A DNA stretch of 63,608 nt, the filler included, from Octopus bimaculoides (lineage: Eukaryota): assembly GCF_001194135.2 (NCBI RefSeq). It is 9 parts of 8 records of this genome, joined end to end, with 100 filler letters (N's around TTAATTAATTAA, not from the genome) between each part and the next. Parts side by side here need not be neighbours in the genome. Positions count along the whole stretch, not along the records: positions 52,973 to 61,691 come from NC_068988.1; positions 61,792 to 63,608 come from NW_026300966.1; 7 more parts are not named here. One strand, 5' to 3'. How positions within the stretch are numbered: position 1 is the first letter of the stretch; the number at the start of each line of letters is the position of its first letter. The translations under genes were made by a program, and so were the position numbers. Positions 58,743-63,608 of this stretch are shown in pieces. The notes beneath the pieces were generated by a model, which ran no database searches, was not told the DNA's origin, and was given only the letters and a program-made list of their open reading frames with translations.

Positions 58743-58974
58743 CACCTTGTTTAAAATATATTTATCATATGTAAGATAAACAGAAATACATATATCTCAA
58801 CCCAGGTTTCATTCATCAAGTGTTTTTGGCGAACATATATTTGATTCCATACACTTCTCTCGCTAGGGTTTACTGAGCAATGTATGACATAGTGTATATA
58901 TTATATTATCTTCTTGTTGGTTGAAACTTTGGTTGAATTTGCCACGTTGGCCAAGGTGGTCATAAGCCTATATA

Positions 58975-59007
<33 letters not shown>

Positions 59008-59209
59008 TTGCTTGTTTGTTTATTCACCGTTTCGTTTTCCTGTCTCGTTTTCCGTCCGCCACTACCCTCCACGAAAATAATTTAATTTGTGTTCGTTGGA
59101 AGAACCATTTCAACGATGCGTACTGCCTTAATTCTTCGAAACGCCGGTGTTTTAATGGTGGCATGTATATATATGTATATATGTATGTATGTGTGTATGT
59201 GTGTGTATA

Positions 59210-59410
59210 TGTTTGTGTGTCTGTGTTTGTCCCCCCAACATCGCTTGACAACCGATGCTGGTGTGTTTACGTTCCCGTAACTTAGCGGTTCGACAAAAGA
59301 GACCGATAGAATAAGTACTAGGCTTACAAAGAATAAGTCATGGAGTCGACTTGCACGACTAAAAGCGGTGCTCCAGCTTGGCCACAGTCAAATGACTGAA
59401 ACAAGTAAAA
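59210..59410 (+). mobile_element. SINE family A 3' half
   Basis: tttgtccccccaacatcgcttgacaaccgatgctgg...atgactgaaacaagtaaaaga. Confidence 0.9.
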
Positions 59411-61579
59411 GAGAGTGCTCATTACATGTTTGCTCGATTAGGCTGAGCTGGAGATACATAACGACAACAACAATAATAACAGCGACAGTAGCAACAGCAC
59501 TAGCAACCGCAACAACAACAACCTTGATTATGAAGATTTAAGATTTAAAACATCCCATCCGTGATTATATCATTTCTTTACCAGATATAAATATCTACTC
59601 GGGTGTACATTATCCAACGTGATCTTACCCTTTCAGAAAGTAGTGTTAATTTGAGAAAGATTTAGCAGGTATGTCTAGGAGATCGATCGACTTGTTGAGG
59701 CTCCATCATAAACATTTGTCATTTTTGTTGTTCTGAACCCATTTCAGCTCTGTTTGAGCAAACCTAAAATGAGAAGTATTGTCATTGTCACCGTCCAATT
59801 TTAACTTAAAAGTTTTTAAACTAAAGACTCAACTAAAAGCACACATATTTTTCTTCCTCGCCTATTTTCCGTCCTTGTCTCCATCTTAAAACCTAGATTC
59901 ACTTTTCTGTCACTTCTTCACGCATGTCTAATTTAGTCTGTCTTTTCTTGCGTCTGGCGCAATTATTATTTNNNNNNNNNNNNNNNNNNNNNNNNNNNNN
60001 NNNNNNNNNNNNNNNNNNNNNNNNNNNNNNNNNNNNNNNNNNNNNNNNNNNNNNNNNNNNNNNNNNNNNNNNNNNNNNNNNNNNNNNNNNNNNNNNNNNN
60101 NNNNNNNNNNNNNNNNNNNNNNNNNNNNNNNNNNNNNNNNNNNNNNNNNNNNNNNNNNNNNNNNNNNNNNNNNNNNNNNNNNNNNNNNNNNNNNNNNNNN
60201 NNNNNNNNNNNNNNNNNNNNNNNNNNNNNNNNNNNNNNNNNNNNNNNNNNNNNNNNNNNNNNNNNNNNNNNNNNNNNNNNNNNNNNNNNNNNNNNNNNNN
60301 NNNNNNNNNNNNNNNNNNNNNNNNNNNNNNNNNNNNNNNNNNNNNNNNNNNNNNNNNNNNNNNNNNNNNNNNNNNNNNNNNNNNNNNNNNNNNNNNNNNN
60401 NNNNNNNNNNNNNNNNNNNNNNNNNNNNNNNNTGCATACACACACATACATACATATATACATATGCACACACACACACACAATGACATACATACACACA
60501 CACATACATACATACACGCACACTGAGACACATGCATGCGCAAAAAAAAAAGAAAAGCAAAAACAGAACGCAACGTGAATAACGGACAGAGTCAAGACTA
60601 TTGAAAAGGTTGCAAGACGCAACGAAAATTTTAGGAAAATAAAAAAGAAATAAGTGGTAATTTTAACGGTGAGTGTGTTAAATTTTAAGGCACGATAAGA
60701 AAATGACTCTCCCCAGACACAACAGAATATGCTTCAACACACGAAATCACATAAAAAATCTTGCAAACCAAATCCCAAAACAAAATATTTAAAAGTTATT
60801 TCAATAACTTTTGCTGCCCCAGCATGGCCGCAATCTAATGACTAAAGCAAATAAGAGGTAAAAGTTTCCCATCATTCATTTCTGTTTTATTTCTTATTCA
60901 AGAGGAATAGCAGTGCCTGTGACCCTTTACAATGTCTTCGAAATTAAAGAGAGGGAAAAGGGTATCCTCAAACTGAAGATTTGACCTGAATACTTTCAAC
61001 AGACTGGATTTCACATGGTGCCAGGTGAAGCTGCTAGACCGGGGCACAAATTCAGTCTAACCCTTCCCTCCATGTAGGCCAAGGCGAGGTTTGATCAGGA
61101 ACAAATGCTGCAAGGCATCCAGTCAGGCGTTCTTATTGTTTCGCCAGTTCGCTACGTTGGATTATTACATTGTCTTATTGATTCTGAAAGGATGAACGAC
61201 AATATTAACCATGGTAGGATTTGAACTCAGAAAGCAGAGGACCAGAACAAATATCATATGACATTCTATCCGATGCTCTAACGATTCTGCTGTTTAACAA
61301 AATAGTAATGGTGGAGAGGGGTAGACAGCTAGCTAGATGTCTACTATTTATTGATATTGTTTTGTCGGCTGCGAGCGATTAAACTTGTTTGTGATTGAAG
61401 CGAGAGTGCAAAAAGTGGAATTGTTTTAGGGAAAAGAGACACTGTTACATGTATTACATGGTAATTAGTGTTAAATATAAATTTACAATGTAAACTCTTG
61501 TAGTTGTTTTAACAGAACAGAACCTATTGAGTTAAAAAATATCTACTGAACCAGAAAAATTGAAATTTTATATATTTAG

Positions 61580-61645
61580 TTTGTGATACAATCTATAAGT
61601 ATTGGGGTTAATCAGCAACAAGAAGCTAGTTTACTTCGAGCAGAC
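61580..61645 (+). CDS. candidate 66-nt symmetric exon (FVIQSISIGVNQQQEASLLRAD)
   Basis: ttttatatatttag| open frame 0 |GTAAGT; isolated, with no supporting neighbours. Confidence 0.2.
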
Positions 61646-61649
61646 GTAA

Positions 61650-61691
<42 letters not shown>

Positions 61692-62207
61692 NNNNNNNNN
61701 NNNNNNNNNNNNNNNNNNNNNNNNNNNNNNNNNNNTTAATTAATTAANNNNNNNNNNNNNNNNNNNNNNNNNNNNNNNNNNNNNNNNNNNNTGTATGCAT
61801 GTGTGTATGTATGTGTGTATGTATGTATGTATGTATGTATGCTTGTATATTATATCACATTTTGTTTTTATTTCACATTTTCACTGGTTTTTCAATACAA
61901 CAGTAAATATTGGAATTCTAACAAGGAAAAACTTGAGGCACAGAAATAAATAAAAAAGAATATCTTTTAAATTGAGTGAAACTACTTGAAACAATCGTTC
62001 CTAGAAATAAATTAGAGTTTGCGGTCGTCATTTTGTTTTCTTTATTTTGTATTTATTTTGGTTTTGTTTGTATGATTGTGTGTGTGAGGCAGTGTGTGTA
62101 TGCGTGTACGCACGTTACTTTTAATGGAGTAATTAAAAATGTACGTGTCTACATATATGTGTGTCTGTCTGTATGTGTGTATGTATGTATAGATATATAT
62201 TTTAAAC

Positions 62208-62261
<54 letters not shown>

Positions 62262-62767
62262 NNNNNNNNNNNNNNNNNNNNNNNNNNNNNNNNNNNNNNN
62301 NNNNNNNNNNNNNNNNNNNNNNNNNNNNNNNNNNNNNNNNNNNNNNNNNNNNNNNNNNNNNNNNNNNNNNNNNNNNNNNNNNNNNNNNNNNNNNNNNNNN
62401 NNNNNNNNNNNNNNNNNNNNNNNNNNNNNNNNNNNNNNNNNNNNNNNNNNNNNNNNNNNNNNNNNNNNNNNNNNNNNNNNNNNNNNNNNNNNNNNNNNNN
62501 NNNNNNNNNNNNNNNNNNNNNNNNNNNNNNNNNNNNNNNNNNNNNNNNNNNNNNNNNNNNNNNNNNNNNNNNNNNNNNNNNNNNNNNNNNNNNNNNNNNN
62601 NNNNNNNNNNNNNNNNNNNNNNNNNNNNNNNNNNNNNNNNNNNNNNNNNNNNNNNNNNNNNNNNNNNNNNNNNNNNNNNNNNNNNNNNNNNNNNNNNNNN
62701 NNNNNNNNNNNNNNNNNNNNNNNNNNNNNNNNNNNNNNNNNNNNNNNNNNNNNNNNNNNNNNNNNNN

Positions 62768-62817
<50 letters not shown>

Positions 62818-62923
62818 TACACATTCATATTGAGATAGGGAGAAGGAAAAACTGAGGAGCTAATAATTATGTCGATAGAGATGTAGACATAAATGCATAC
62901 ATACTCAAAGATGAAGGGTGTAA

Positions 62924-62981
<58 letters not shown>

Positions 62982-63608
62982 CCTATCTATGTGCGTGTGT
63001 TTGTGTATATATATGCTTGTGTGTGTGCATGNNNNNNNNNNATGTGTATGTGTGTGTGTGTGTGTGTGTGTGCACTTATGTATGTTAAACATTACATTCT
63101 TTTGTTTCCCTCTTTTACGATCTCTCCCAAACAAACATTCTCTCTCTCTCTCTCTCTCTCTCTCCCTCCCTCTCTCTTTCTCTCTCTCTCTGTCTCTCTC
63201 TCTCTAAATCGCTTCCTTCCCCTTCCTCTCTCCTCCCATCTTTGACCGACATTCCTTCTATCCCATAATTCCTTGTTATTTCCCCTATAATCCTTCTTTC
63301 TGGCACTCTTTCGATTCCAAACTCTGTTCTATTCGCTTCGTTCTATGCTTTCTCCCCTTTCGTCTTTTATGTATTTATTCATTTTTTCTTTGAAGGGCTG
63401 ATGTCCGAATTTAACTTCTTTTTTTTTTTAAATTTCGCTTTATCTTTATATATACATATGTCCATTCTATTCAACTTCAGATGAAAGACTCAAAACTTCC
63501 TGGTTATTACATGTTTGTCTGCCATTAAAGAACTATTTACTTTATTTTCAGCAGCGTGGAACAGAATAAGTATAAGGCTTAAAATAATAAGTACTGGGAT
63601 CGATTCGT

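Noticed and set aside
2331-63134. Long ORFs made of X runs or YI/CV/HT/ER/II/LL repeats
   Set aside because: They arise from N gaps and di-, tri- or tetranucleotide microsatellites that lack stops.
1-63608. CRISPR array, rRNA or prokaryotic operons
   Set aside because: No regularly spaced repeat-spacer units, rRNA-like sequence or dense coding regions; the window is eukaryotic repeat-rich DNA.

Overview
AT-rich, microsatellite-dense eukaryotic draft-genome window with many N gaps. The SINE families, microsatellite density and gap style suggest a cephalopod (Octopus-like) assembly; this is an inference. No complete protein-coding gene, rRNA, intact tRNA or CRISPR array can be supported, and most ORF-track entries are artefacts of N runs, microsatellites or low-complexity DNA. 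The interpretable sequence is mostly decayed mobile DNA: four tRNA-type/other SINE families, Penelope-like elements (PLEs) of three families, R4/Dong-type RLE LINEs, Tx1/L1 and RTE fragments, a Buster-type hAT, mariner relics, MITEs and a BEL/Pao integrase scrap. The most notable signal is a set of minimal hammerhead-ribozyme motifs in three unrelated repeat families. All share an extra purine after the core and a palindromic 4-nt stem III; one is a U3-A8 compensatory variant. One PLE family has a terminal repeat built as tRNA-like Pol III head + (AAT)n + hammerhead + 9-nt tandem tail, placed directly after the ORF stop. Several phase-compatible candidate exons and microexons on the minus strand suggest a long-intron host gene, but they are unproven.
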